Origin: Euglena gracilis
Taxonomy: Eukaryota
Reading direction: 5' to 3'
Assembly (NCBI GenBank): GCA_039621445.1
Contig: CP154954.1
Location: 39,641,816-39,705,815 of the forward strand
Length of the DNA stretch: 64,000 bases
Below are positions 11,401-23,115 of the stretch, piece by piece. How positions within the stretch are numbered: position 1 is the first letter of the stretch; each line of letters begins with the position of its first letter. Below the pieces are notes generated by a model. It worked only from the letters and a program-made list of their open reading frames with translations. It was not told the DNA's origin and made no database searches. Position numbers and translations under genes: made by a program.

Positions 11401-13522
11401 CCGCACTCTCAATAACCGCAGAAATCTGCGTTGAGAGTGTGGCATCCCTACTGGTACCAAGGTATTTTGGCACGCGCAAATCGGATATTCCGAATGCGTC
11501 CAGGAAACAAACGTGAAAAATAATTTCTTTAACAGGTGGTAATAATATACCACAAAAATCCTCGAATAGTGGTACATCAGCGGGTAAATCCCACCAATGA
11601 AAACATACATAGGAGAATTGGTGAAACCAATCCGCATTCGGATTGGCGGGTATGAGGAGAGCTCCTCGCGCTTCATCGCGGAGTACTTTCTCCACCACAT
11701 CCGGAATAAGTTTAGGGGGAGGGTTCAACCAAAGCACCGTATCACCCCAAATTTTAAGGAATGTGTTGGAGTGTCGCGACCAATGTCGCGACAAGCGTGC
11801 ATGTGCTTGTGATGAAAACGCATCAATTTCCAACGACAAATCGAAGGAATCAGCCAAAACCGCGATTTTGGAGAACCATTCCTCCAAAATACGGTATTGA
11901 CCAAAATTAAATTCGTTCCATACGCGCATCGCGTATGTGTCAACCTGGTTCGCAGGTTGAAGAGCGGTAACGCAATTCAGGGATCCGCAAACATAGGCCA
12001 AGGGTGTGTCATCCACACTCCTAAGGGGCATTCCCAAGGGTTGATGGGTTGGATGGGTGCATACCCAGTACATATCATGCCAGATGGAGGTGGGGGAGGT
12101 GTGTGACACGGATTTCGCGGTCCCAAACAACAAGGCAATTCCTCGTTGTTGCAGCACTTGATGTACGGTCGCGCATTGCGATCCGCAACCAAGTGTATGG
12201 GTTCGCGAAATCGGGATTAGTGTTGATGTTTGGACTAAACATCCACAATCGAATTCTGGCTGGGCGGAAATTCTCCTACAGTGCACACATTGGTAGGAAG
12301 TGTCGGAGTAGTGGTCCTGGTCGCGCATGTTTGTCTGGTGGGGTTGTGTGTAAAAGTTGGGTTGCGCTTGTGTAGCTGCTGGGGGGCGTACAGGTGTATC
12401 TGAAAGCGATACATCTGGTGGAAAACGGGGTATTGGTGCAGCTGGGCGACTACTCGACACCGTGATCACTTCAGGCCTTTGGGCTTTCGTCTTGTAACCC
12501 AGTGGAACGAGGGGTACCGCTACTTGCTTGCCCTGCCTCATGGGGAACGGAAGTTGGTGTGTGGATGGGCAGGGGGTGAACTCTCTCGGTACACCCGGTG
12601 TGGAAAACGTTGGTAGGTGTGGTTGGTAACGGGGTAAAAGTTTTCGAAAACGGTGTGGAAAGATTGGTGGCTGTCGTGGATGACGCCACAGGTGATGAGG
12701 GTTTGGGGGGCAATGAAGAGAATGGTGATGTGCGCAAACCGTGGGAATGGCAATCCACTACCAGCCGGTGCTGACGTAAAAAGGGGTATCCCAGAATTAA
12801 GTCAGACCCATGGATTCCGGATTCGTATCCCCAGCTATACGGAAAATTTTGCGGTTGGGGGGGGTGTGAGTGGTGCTTGGGGATGAGGGGTAGGACTAAG
12901 TCCAAAATGCATCCCAAGTCACCACCGCACATGGGGGCGTTGTCAGCCGTCGTAATTTTGATCGGCTTCTTGGCTTTCACCAAGAGGGGGGTCGGTATCA
13001 ACCCGAACCGAAAAAGTAGTGCAATGCGACAACCAGTGTCAATGAGAATTTTGACTTTTGCACAAAAAATTTGGCGTGGATCGGGCATTCCGATTCACCG
13101 ATTCCTCAAGCCGTAATAGGCTGTTGCAGAAATCTTGCAAGGTTTCTTGATTGTCAGTGAGCATTTTGTCATAAAATGCCTTGAAATCAGGGTTCTCGGT
13201 AATCCGTGAACTGGAACCTGCAGGCAAAGACTGCATTTCCGTAATTTTGGTAGACACCGATGCATACCGGGTCTGGAGTTCCCCAATAGCAGTCTGAATA
13301 CCACTAATGTCCGGAACTCGGTGGGAAAGTGCGGAAAAGCTTTGTTGCAAACCCGCAATGGCGGAGTTAATCCCGCCAATGTCGGACTGCAAATACAACT
13401 GCAGGGATTCCTGCCGTTGTGCCATTTTTGCGACTTTCACGCTCAGATTGGAGAATCCAACCTGATTCGCGTCATAATAGCAGGTTTTCTGCTCCAAACG
13501 GGGAAGTCGCTCCTCCAACTGC
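8452..13522 (-). mobile_element. pol: Truncated, internally deleted copy (A') of Ty3/gypsy family A: gag fragment, protease, MTase, RT, RNase H, integrase
   Basis: Closely matches 20141-26228 plus 39241-40868 in reverse. Motifs ILIDTGC, YIDD, EVDSSDYAVG, HNHGH..CQIC, RVWVR..GPCEI. Several frameshifts. Confidence 0.95.
11495..11900 (-). other. Dam-like / DIRS-MT-like amino-methyltransferase domain within A' pol (frame intact here)
   Basis: LEIDAFSSQAHARLSRHWS...W.DTVLWLNPPPKLIPDVVEKVLRDEARGALLIP...ADWF in ORF 11138..12541, in frame with the start of RT. Confidence 0.8.
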
Positions 13523-15150
13523 GGGGTTTTTGGAATGGGAATTTTTTGGAACAAAGTCAGCCAAAAACCTGTTAAAAACCTCATTTTTCGTGTCCGGGGG
13601 ACCCCCCGGACCCCCCCCTCGGGGGGAGGGGGGTCTAGCTAGTCCACTTTTTCCAGTGTATAGCAGATTGGCTAGCCGGTACCCCCCCGGGGGTCCTTAG
13701 GCAAAAGCCTGGTCGGGAACCAAAATCTTGTGAAATGTGTCCTAAAGCTTTTGATGCAGTCCCCGTTGGGGGATAACTGGAAAAGGAAAACCCTGTGGAG
13801 GATGTTCGCTAACCTCTCATCCTTGGGCAAGAGCACACCTCAAACCCCTTTTTGTCTGCACCCTTCGATCGAATTTCAAATACCCACATCTTTTCTGTTC
13901 ACTTCCTGGAAAATTTGCCTCAATCTCACACTTGAAAATGATCCAGTATTTCATCCAGTTCACCAATTGCCATTTTTCTGTTTGCCCCCAATTAACCCCC
14001 CCCCCCCCAATTGCCTTTGGGGCATTTGTTCAAACGGTTCCGGCAAAAATGGCGTTTTTGGTGGTGGGGAACCCAGCCGACCTGGTCCCGGGGGCTGGTC
14101 GCGTTTTTTTTTGGCACCCCCCAGTTCTTGGCATTGAGGCAATCTGGCCACGACCATCACGCCCCCGCCCTGATTTACACCGAAAAAATTACCAAGATTT
14201 CATTATTGTGGCCCGTTGAACCCTGTGATAATGGGGTTTGGGGGGGGTCAGCTGGTCCCACATTTTGGCACCCCCCCCCAAGTTCTTGGCATTGAGGCAA
14301 TCCCCGTCCCACAATTTGCCGGCTGTTTCTGGGTCAAAAAGAAACATACGTTCAGTAATTTGGCGTTTCGCACCAGGCAGGCGGGAGGGCATTTTGCCAT
14401 TGCGTCCCAGAGAACCAGTGCCCCCCGTCACTCCCCTCCTTTGGTGGTGTGCAGGTCGAGGACGTCCCCGCGTCGCCGGCGGCCCACACCCTCCCCCCCC
14501 TTCCACCGCCGCCGCCACCGCATCGACGCGTGGGGCCGGCAGGGCGGCGTAGGGCAGAACCGGTATCGGCCAAAACAGCCAGGGTGGTCGGTGGAGGGTT
14601 CCCCCCCCGCCGCCTTCTTGTATTTCAAGGAGCACCAATATTTGGACCCCAAATTTTTTTCCAGAGAATAAATCTCAGTGAAAAATTTGATTGTGCCAAG
14701 CTTTTCTTCACTTTTTTTGTCTTTCGTTTCTTTCAACCCCTTTCAAAAAAGTACCAGTTTCTGAACCGTGTTTTTCCAGTATTTTTGTGAAAAATTGTTG
14801 TTTTCCACCTAAAAAGCATGCATTTCAAACGTTTTCCCCGGCCAAAATTGTCGTTTTCTCAAAATTGGTTGGGGGGGGGCGAACGACGCCCACCAGACCT
14901 TCCCGTTCTGCCGTGGGGCAGCGGGGAAGGTGGCCAGCGTTGCCGCAGCAGTCTGCCTGGCGTCCCCTTTGGTGGTGGTTTTGCCACTGTTTGTTTTCCT
15001 CAAAGTTTTGCATTGACGTTCAATTGGCATTTCCCGAAGTTTTAGTCCGGCTTGATGTTTTTTTTCCCGCAATGCCAGGGTGCCAGTTGGGCCCATCTAT
15101 CAAACGTATGATGTACAGCCAGGCATCTATAACCATTTGCCAGGGTGGCA

Positions 15151-18100
15151 TGACCGAAGCAAGCAAATGGCCGTGTGGCCGAAGCAAGCAAATGGTTGCT
15201 AGTTTAGCCGAAGCAAGCAAATGGCTGCAAGCGTACCAAAGCAAGCAAATGTCCGGTCCGGAGCAAGCAAATGGTTGCCGGTGTGATGGAAGCAAGCAAA
15301 TTGCTGCAAGCAAATTGTCTGTCCAAAGCAAGCAAATGGCTGCTGGTGCGGCCGAACCAAGCTAATGGCGGGTGTGGACGAAGCAAGCAAATGGCTGCTA
15401 GTGTGGCCGAAGCAAGGAAATGGCTGCTAACGTTGCAGAAGCGAGCAAATGGCTGCTAGGCGGCCGAAGCTAGCAAATGGCCGGTGTTGCCGAAGCAAGC
15501 TAGTAGCTGCTGGTGTGGCTGAAGCAAGCAAATGGCTGCTAGTGCGGCCGAAGCAAGCAAATGGCTGCTACTGCGGCCGAGGCAAGCAAATGGTTGCTGG
15601 TGCGGCCGAAGCAAGCAAATGGCTGCCGGTGTGGCCGAAGCAAGCAAATTGCCGGTGTGGTCGAAGCAAGCAAATGGCTGATACGGCGGCCGAAGCAAGC
15701 AAATGGCCGGTCTGAAGCAGGCAAACGGTTGCAAGCACACCAAAGCAAGCAAATGGCTGCTGGCGTGGCCGAAGCAAGCAAATGGCTACGGGCGAGGCCA
15801 AAGCAAACAAATGGCCGCTAGTGCGGCCGAAGCAAGCAAATGGCCTGTGTGGTCAAAGCAAGCCAATGCTGGTGCGGCCGAAGCAAGCAAATGGCTATGG
15901 CTGCGAGTGCGTTTGAAGCAAACAAATGACTGCTGGTGTGGCCGAAGCAAGCAAATGGCTGCTGGTGCGGCCGAAGCAAGCCAATGGCTGCTAGTGCGGC
16001 GGAAGCAAGCAGATGCCTGCTGGCGCGGCCGAAGCAAGCAAATGGCCGGTCTGAAGTAAGCAAATGGTTGCAAGCACACCAAACCAAGAAAGTGGCCAGT
16101 CCGAAGCAGGCAAATGGCTGCTGGCGCGGCCGAAGCAAGCTAATGGCTGCTGGTGCGGCCGAAGCAAGCAAATGGCAGGTGTGGCCGAAGCAAGCAAATG
16201 GCTGCTGGTGCGGCCGAAGCAAGCAAATGGCTGCTGGTGCGGCCGAAGCAAGCAAATGGCCGCTGGTGCGGTCGAAGCAAGCAAATGGCTTCACCGGCGG
16301 CCGAAGCAAGCAAATGGCCGCTGGTGCGGCTGAAGTAAGCAAATGGCCGGTGTGGCTGAAGCAAGCTAATGGCTGCTGGCGCGGCCGAAGCAAGCAAATG
16401 GCTTCACCGGCGGCCGAAGCAAGCAAAGGGCTGCTGGTGCGGCCGAAGCAAGCAAATGGCCGGTGTGGCCGAGGCAAGCAAATGGCCGGTCTGAAGTAAG
16501 CAAATGGTTGCAAGCACACCAAAGCAAGAAAGTGCCCAGTCCGAAGCAGGCAAATGGCTGCTGGCGCGCCCGAAGCAAGCAAATGGCCGGTGTGGCCGAA
16601 GCAAGCAAATGGCTGCTAGTGCGGCCGAAGCAAGCAAATGGCTGCTAGTGCGGCCAAAGCAAGCAAAAATGGCCGAAGAAATCAAAAAAAAGTGGCTGCT
16701 ACGGCGGCCGATGCAAGCAAATGGCCGCTAGTGCGGCCGAGGCAAGCAAATGGCTGCTGGTGCGGCCGAAGCAAGTAAATGGCTGCTAGTGCGGCCGAAG
16801 CAAGCAAATGGCCGCTAGTGCGGCCGAAGCAAGCAAATGGCCGCTAGTGCGGCCGAAGCAAGCAAATGGCCTGTGTGGTCAAAGCAAGCAAATGCTGGTG
16901 CGGCCGAAGCAAGCTAATGGTTATGGCTGCGAGTGCGGTTGAAGCAGACAAATGATTGCTGGTGTGGCCGAAGCAAGCAAATGCTGCTGCGGTGAGGTTG
17001 AAGCAGACAAATGAATGCTGGTGTGGCCGAAGCAGCAAATGCTGCAAGCGCACCCGAAGCAAGCAAATGGCCGGTCCGGAGCAAGCAAATGTTTGCAGTT
17101 GCGGCCGAAGCAAGCCAAATGGCTGCTAGTGTGGCCGAAGCAAGCAAATGGCTGCAAGTGCGGTCCGAAGCAAGCAAATGGCTGCTGGTACGGCCGAACC
17201 AAGCAAATGGCAGGTGTGGACGAAGCAAGCAAATGGCTGCTAGTGCGGCCGAAGCAAGCAAATGGCTGCTAGTGCGGCCGAAGCAAGCAAATGGCTGATA
17301 CGGCGGCCGAAGCAAGCAAATGGCTGATGGTGCGGCTGAACCAAGCAAATGGCTGCTAGTGCGGCCGAAGCAAGCAAATGGATGCTAGTGCGGCCGAAGC
17401 AAGCAAATTGCCGGTGTGGTCGAAGCAAGCAAATGGCTGATACGGCGGCCGAAGCAAGCAAATGGCTGATGGTGCGGCTGAACCAAGCAAATGGCTGCTA
17501 GTGCGGCCGAAGCAAGCAAATTTCCGGTGTGGTCGAAGCAAACAAATGGCTGATACGGCGGCCGAAGCAAGCAAATGGCTGGTCTGAAGCAAGTAAATGG
17601 TTGCAAGCACACCAAAGCAAGCAAGTGGCTGCTGGCGCGGCCGAAGCAAGCAAATGGCTGATAGCGTTTCCGAAGCGTGCATATGTCCGCTAGCGCGGCC
17701 GGAGCAAGCAAATTGCCGGTGTGGTCGAAGCAAGCAAATGGCTGCTAGTGCGGCCGAAGCAAGCAAATGGCTGTGCGACCGAAGCAAGCAAATGGCTGCT
17801 AGGGCGGCCGAAGCAAGCAAATGGCTGGCGCGGCCAAAGCAAGCAAACGACCGCTAGTGCGGCCGAAGCAAGCAAATGGCTGTGTAGTCAAGCAAGCAAA
17901 TGGCTGGTGCGGCCGAAGCAAGCAAATGGCTGCTGCGGTGCGAGAAGCAAGAAATGGGTGTGCGAAGCAAGCAAATGGCTGCTGGCGGCCGAAGCAAGCA
18001 AATGAAGCGCGAAGCAAGCATGGCTGCTGGCGCGGCCGAAGCAGCAAATGGCGCCGAAGCTGGGCAAGGCGAAGCAAGCAAATGGCTGCTGTGCGCGAAG

Positions 18101-18410
18101 CAAGCAAATGCTGCGGCCGAAGCAAGCAAATGGCCGCGGCCGAAGCAAGCAAAAGCAAGCTGGTGTGGCCGCAAGCAAGCATGCTGTGGGCGTGGCGAAG
18201 CGCGAAGCAAGCAAAGGCGCTGCTCGGCAAGCAAGCAAAGGTGGCCAGTAAAAGCAATGGCTGCTGGCGGCTGTGCGCAAGCAATGCTAGTGAAAGCAAG
18301 CATGCGCTGGGCGAAGCAAGCAAATGGCTGCTGTCCGGCGCAAGGCTGCTGCGCCGAAGCAAATGCTGCTGGCAAGCAAGGCATGCTCTTGCGGCGTTGG
18401 CGCGGGAAGC
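15151..18410 (+). repeat. Satellite array, left arm; ~26-29 bp unit GCCGAAGCAAGCAAATGGCTGCT(A/G)GTGCG
   Basis: Direct tandem repetition with a near-constant GAAGCAAGCAAATGG core and short variable linkers. Confidence 0.97.
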
Positions 18411-18638
18411 TGTATAGCTGGTTTAGCGGTGGGCGATGCCCTATGCTTGTCCATGTGGTATTCTTTATCTGTTTGTGGCGCTGGACCGGGTCCCCCAGTG
18501 CATCTCCCTGCATGCTCTGTGCTCTTCTCTGGGATGGGAAAAGGGTTTCTGTTTATTCTTTCAGTTCTTCCAAGGAGCCAAGGCGAAAGCGAAGGCTTTT
18601 GGGAATTGAGAAAGAGGAATAGGGGAATCAGACGTACA
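18411..18638 (+). repeat. 5' LTR of A (deletion-riddled)
   Basis: Aligns by eye to the 3' LTR (GTGGTATTCTTTA, CCAAGGCGAAAGCGAAGGCTTTTGGGAATTG, AATCAGACGTACA) with many small gaps. Confidence 0.8.
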
Positions 18639-18640
18639 CT

Positions 18641-18791
18641 TGGTAGCAGATTAGGTTACGATCCTGGGAATTTCACAGAAGAAAAATAAGGTTACATACA
18701 CTTGGTAGCAGATTTGGTTACGATCCTACACATACTTCACAGAAAGAAAAGCTTACAGGTTTTACACTTGGTAGCAGATTGGTTCGATCCT
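18641..18791 (+). promoter_or_regulatory. Three tandem tRNA-iMet-like primer binding sites of A
   Basis: TGGTAGCAGATT(N)GGTT(A)CGATCCT starts at 18641, 18703 and 18769, each preceded by TACACT. Confidence 0.85.
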
Positions 18792-18980
18792 ACGCTGACT
18801 GGCAGCGGAGGGCCCCTGCACCGTTATCACGGTCGCAGCGTCAGCTCCCGGCTTCTAGTCAACGTCTAAGCAGACGAGCAAGCTCCGGAAGGCTCTGTAC
18901 GGTATTACCCGTTACAGCCCCTCTGGTGCCAGCACAACTGCTTAGTTTTGTGGGTTTTTGTTGTTTTTGCCATCAGAAAG

Positions 18981-21900
18981 ATGAAAAGCACAAGCCCCAA
19001 CCATCAATTCAACTATGCCTTATTACTGGCATCATTGCAAGACATTGACCAAGAAACAGGGGATTGGAAGCTATTATGTGAAAGTGCTTCCATTTCCCAC
19101 GCCGATGAGGCACAATTGGCTCAATTGTCAAGACTGCAACAATTGTCATCATTGACAGTGGTCGGCGATGAGCCCTCCACATCATTGGCCTCAGAGGCCA
19201 ATGCGGCCTCTTCCGCACTCACCTTGCCACAACGGGGGTATTCGCCTCCGTTTGCGGCAATGGTGCAGCTGCATACACCAGAGAGACCCGTGGTGATTCC
19301 GCCACCGGGCTTCTCTGGTGATGGTGGACTAAAAACCCCGTGTTTCTTTCAACCCCCACCCGCTCTTCCACCGGCAAACCCTTACAGAGCTTTGCCACCA
19401 CCACCCGATCTTGGGTGCTATCCGGCACTGCCTTGGCAAGTGGAGACTCGTCTAGTGGTACCGGAATTCTCCGGTACATCCCAACCAATGGATGGCTATG
19501 GGAAGGGCACTGGTGAGCTCCTCACTGCTGAGGATGTGCACGATATCGTTGCTCGGCTTCCAGGGGATCACCCCCTTGTGAGGCAGTTCCACCATGTGCA
19601 ACAATGCGTTGCAGAATGTGCAACCGCACTGAACAAAGTGCTTCAGTTTGATGAGGACAACCAGAAACATGTCTTCAGCAAGCTGGAACACTGCTGGAAT
19701 TACTTGCAGGAAGTTGGCAAATATTGCCAGAGGAATTTTGAAAGTGCGGGTATTGACCTTGCAAACTTTCGGGAAACCTTTGACAAAATGTGCCAACAAC
19801 TCCCGCAGAACTTCCGGCAAATTAGTAAATGCATGCATGAAGCGGAAACGCGGAATGACTCCAAGTTTCTGCACTTGCATGACTCACTACAACACCTATC
19901 GGGACAAATGGAGTCCTGTTCATCCGCGTTGTTGCATTTGCAACAACAGTTGCATGCACGAGATTCCTCGTCTGCAACATCCAGTACTGGTGGATTTGTG
20001 TCTATGGACCATTTCACCACCCTATCCGCAACTTTCCATGAATCGCAACACCCCATTATGCTGTTGTGCGATGAAACGGAAAAGTTTCGGCAATTCCAGT
20101 CACAAGCCAACGATAATTTTGCTCCCCACACGTATGTGCGGCAGTTGGAGGAGCGACTTTCCCGTTTGGAGCAGAAAACCCGCTATTGTGACGCAAATCA
20201 GGTTGGATTATCCAATCTGAGCGCGAAAGTCGCGGTAATGGCGCAACGGCAGGATTCCCTGCGATTGCAGTTGCAGTCCGACATTGGCGGGATTAACTCA
20301 GCCATTGCGGGTTTGCAACAAAGCAATTCCGCACTTTCCCACCGAGTTCCGGACATTAGCAGTATTCAGACTGCTATTGGGGAACTCCAGACCCGGTATG
20401 CATCGGTTTCTACCAAATTAACGGAAATGCAGTCTTTGCCTGCAGGTTCCAGTTCACGGAATACCTAGAAACCTAATTTCAAGGCATTTTCTGAAAAAAT
20501 GCTCGCCGAGAATCAGGAAACCTTGCAAGATTTTTGCAACAGCCTATTACGGCTTGAAGAATCGGTGAATCGGAATGCCCGATCCACGAAAGGTGAGATT
20601 ACCAGGTTGGATGAGCGAATTTCCGCGTTTTTGGATAAGCCACAACCCGGAAATTTGCCCGTGGGTACCACAAACACGTTGTCGGATGACCCTGCACCGG
20701 TTGTATCCACTACCACACCAACCAAGGTGACACCACCTTTGCAGATTCTCTCAAAAGCTGTAAAAGCATTAACGGGACAACTCCAATTACTGGATGAGTC
20801 TCACGGGAAACTTGTCCAAGATGTCACCGGAATATCCGAAAGGATTCTGCACACGGATGACTTTTCCCGTTACCGCAAGCATATTCGCGCTTTGGAGGAT
20901 GAGGTTGACCGTATTTGCGGCCAACTCCAACTCGCTGAGCATTTGCAGCATAGTGTGCATGACTTGTCTGTGGGTCTGGACAATGTGTCCAACCAACAGC
21001 GGGTTTCAAACCGAAATTCGACAGTATGCATTGCCGAAGATGCGCCAAATGTTCCAGATTCGCGTTTTCACAACCCGAATCTAGGTGCACATGCACCACC
21101 ACCACCACCCGTGTCCCGAGTGTCACAACCCGCGATTCCGCGAATTGTGCCACCATTGGCCTTGCCCACAACCCAAACCCAGTTTTCGGATGAATTTCCC
21201 AATAAGGGAACCGAATTTTCGGAAAACACGGCGATTCCGCCAAGTCTCCACCAAGAAATCCATCATTCCATGCTTGTGCGTAGAATGTGCCAAACCTGTA
21301 CACTGGGAGTGGGTCACATGTTGCATGCACGACATACCCCCACACCGGAGTGTCCCCCTATTACGGGTGACCAACAGGGTTTGCGACCGGAGATCCGGTA
21401 CCAGGATTCACCTTCACCAGAAATTTCGCGATTCCGACAAGAATCCGGAAAGGATACGCTTGGTGCTCGAGCGTACCCGGGCCCGAATCCACAGAATACC
21501 ACCGAGGGTCATTGGGTTTCTCAGAAAGACTTCAAAGGCACCATCGCAATCGCGAACAAGGTGAAACCCCAGTGGGACGGTGATCCAACCACATGAAGAC
21601 AGTTTTTCCGGGACTGGGAGTACTACTGGGCATTGAAGGGGCCAACCCAGGACACAAACCCGGAGGTGATCAAGATGGAATTCATCGATTGCCTCCCAGA
21701 GGATGAGAAGGAGCGCGCGCGACAACTCGTCATTCGCTAACGCGTTTCCTTTGATGACCTGGTGGAGCAATACGCTTCCACCAGTTCAAGTTTGGTCGCT
21801 AGGATTACTCTAGAGACCAAGTGGCGGCAATGCGCCCCACCCGATCGCAAGTGGAAGTCCATTGACCAATGGTATGCCAAATGGTTAGGACTTGCTGCTG

Positions 21901-23115
21901 AAGTGGATGAACTCAGTGAAAAGCAAATGCGCGAACAGTTTGACTCTGTTCTCATGCATTTCACGCCTAGCCTCATTAAGGATATCCACCGTGAGGAGTT
22001 GGCGAGTCATCCCATGACTCTTCACCAACGCTGGAATTATGTTTCCAAGCAGTTGAAGCTATCACAGCTTCTTGGTCAGATTCAATCCGCGTATAACGCA
22101 CACCCAACCACTGGATTACCGGCTGGTTCGGTAAACGCATTGCAAAAATCACCGGTTTCACCCACTTCACCCACCACGGGATTGAAAACGCGATACCCGC
22201 GTTCTTCGGACCAAGCCACGGATAAAGTGTGCTTTTTGTGCAACAAATCGGGACATATGTCTCGGGAGTGCCCTAATCCTGAAGCACAAAAGCGTGTTCA
22301 GAGCCCGCGAGGCTCGACCTCATCACCGGGTTTGGGTTCCTCCGCGCTTTCACGCCAATCGGGCAATTCACAGTCATCGGGTCCCCGTTCCGGTGGTATT
22401 AGCCCCCGGATCCCGTTCCGCGATGAGCGGAAACACGGTACCCCTCGGGGTAGGTCACCCGGTGCCCCGGCCAAGAAGCGTGATCCTTATCGCGAGGCAT
22501 CGCGATCGCGTTCACGAAGCGGATCATCCTCTTCGCGATCCTCATTGGGAAAACCCTGATACACCGGTCATGGTCGACGGGATACCCGGTCACCACGACG
22601 GTTTGACGGGAAATCGGGAAACCGATCCCCCCGTTATCCATATTCGCGACACAAATCTCGGTGTTCGCTTTGTGGATCGAGTGATGACCACTCATCCAAA
22701 TGTCCACGTTCTCGTTCTCCGCGCCCTGGCCAACGTCATCGCGGTATGAATCGCGGTGACAAGGGTCATTCCTCCAACCGCCATAAAGTCGGTTTCAAGA
22801 TTTCTTGTTTGGAGGATGACACCCCGGCTTCGGGCAGGGAGGGGGATGAGACCACGGATACCGATTTTGACGAAGCCCGCATGGCGGTGCGCACGTTGAA
22901 ATCCGTTTATACCTCTAAAAGGCCCATAGCCGACTATTCGGCCGGTTCGGACATGGAGCAGGGGAGCCCGAGGTCCGAGGGCACGGACCTCTGGGCTGAT
23001 GAACAGATGGAGGTAGGACCTGATCAACCCTGCCCCCCCCTGCCCATCTGCCTTCCTGGTCGGTACCCGGAAAATTTTCGGGTCCCCCACCCCCCACTCC
23101 AACTTTCCGCTCGGA
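18981..23115 (+). pseudogene. gag: gag of A (coiled-coil-like region, two zinc knuckles, RS-rich tail), with in-frame stops
   Basis: ORFs 18948..20468, 20499..21596, 21762..22559 and 22746..23267 share one frame. Knuckles CFLCNKSGHMSREC and CSLCGSSDDHSSKC. Confidence 0.8.

Noticed and set aside
13523-15150. Possible gene or element between A' and the satellite, including a duplicated ~30-bp motif near 14112 and 14266
   Set aside because: Homopolymer-rich, with no recognisable domain or termini. Left unannotated.
18641-18791. tRNA genes on the minus strand, or a mini-CRISPR
   Set aside because: Only the 3' ~25 nt of a tRNA is mirrored, including the CCA complement, with no cloverleaf. The intervening sequences are related to each other. 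The position fits a PBS.
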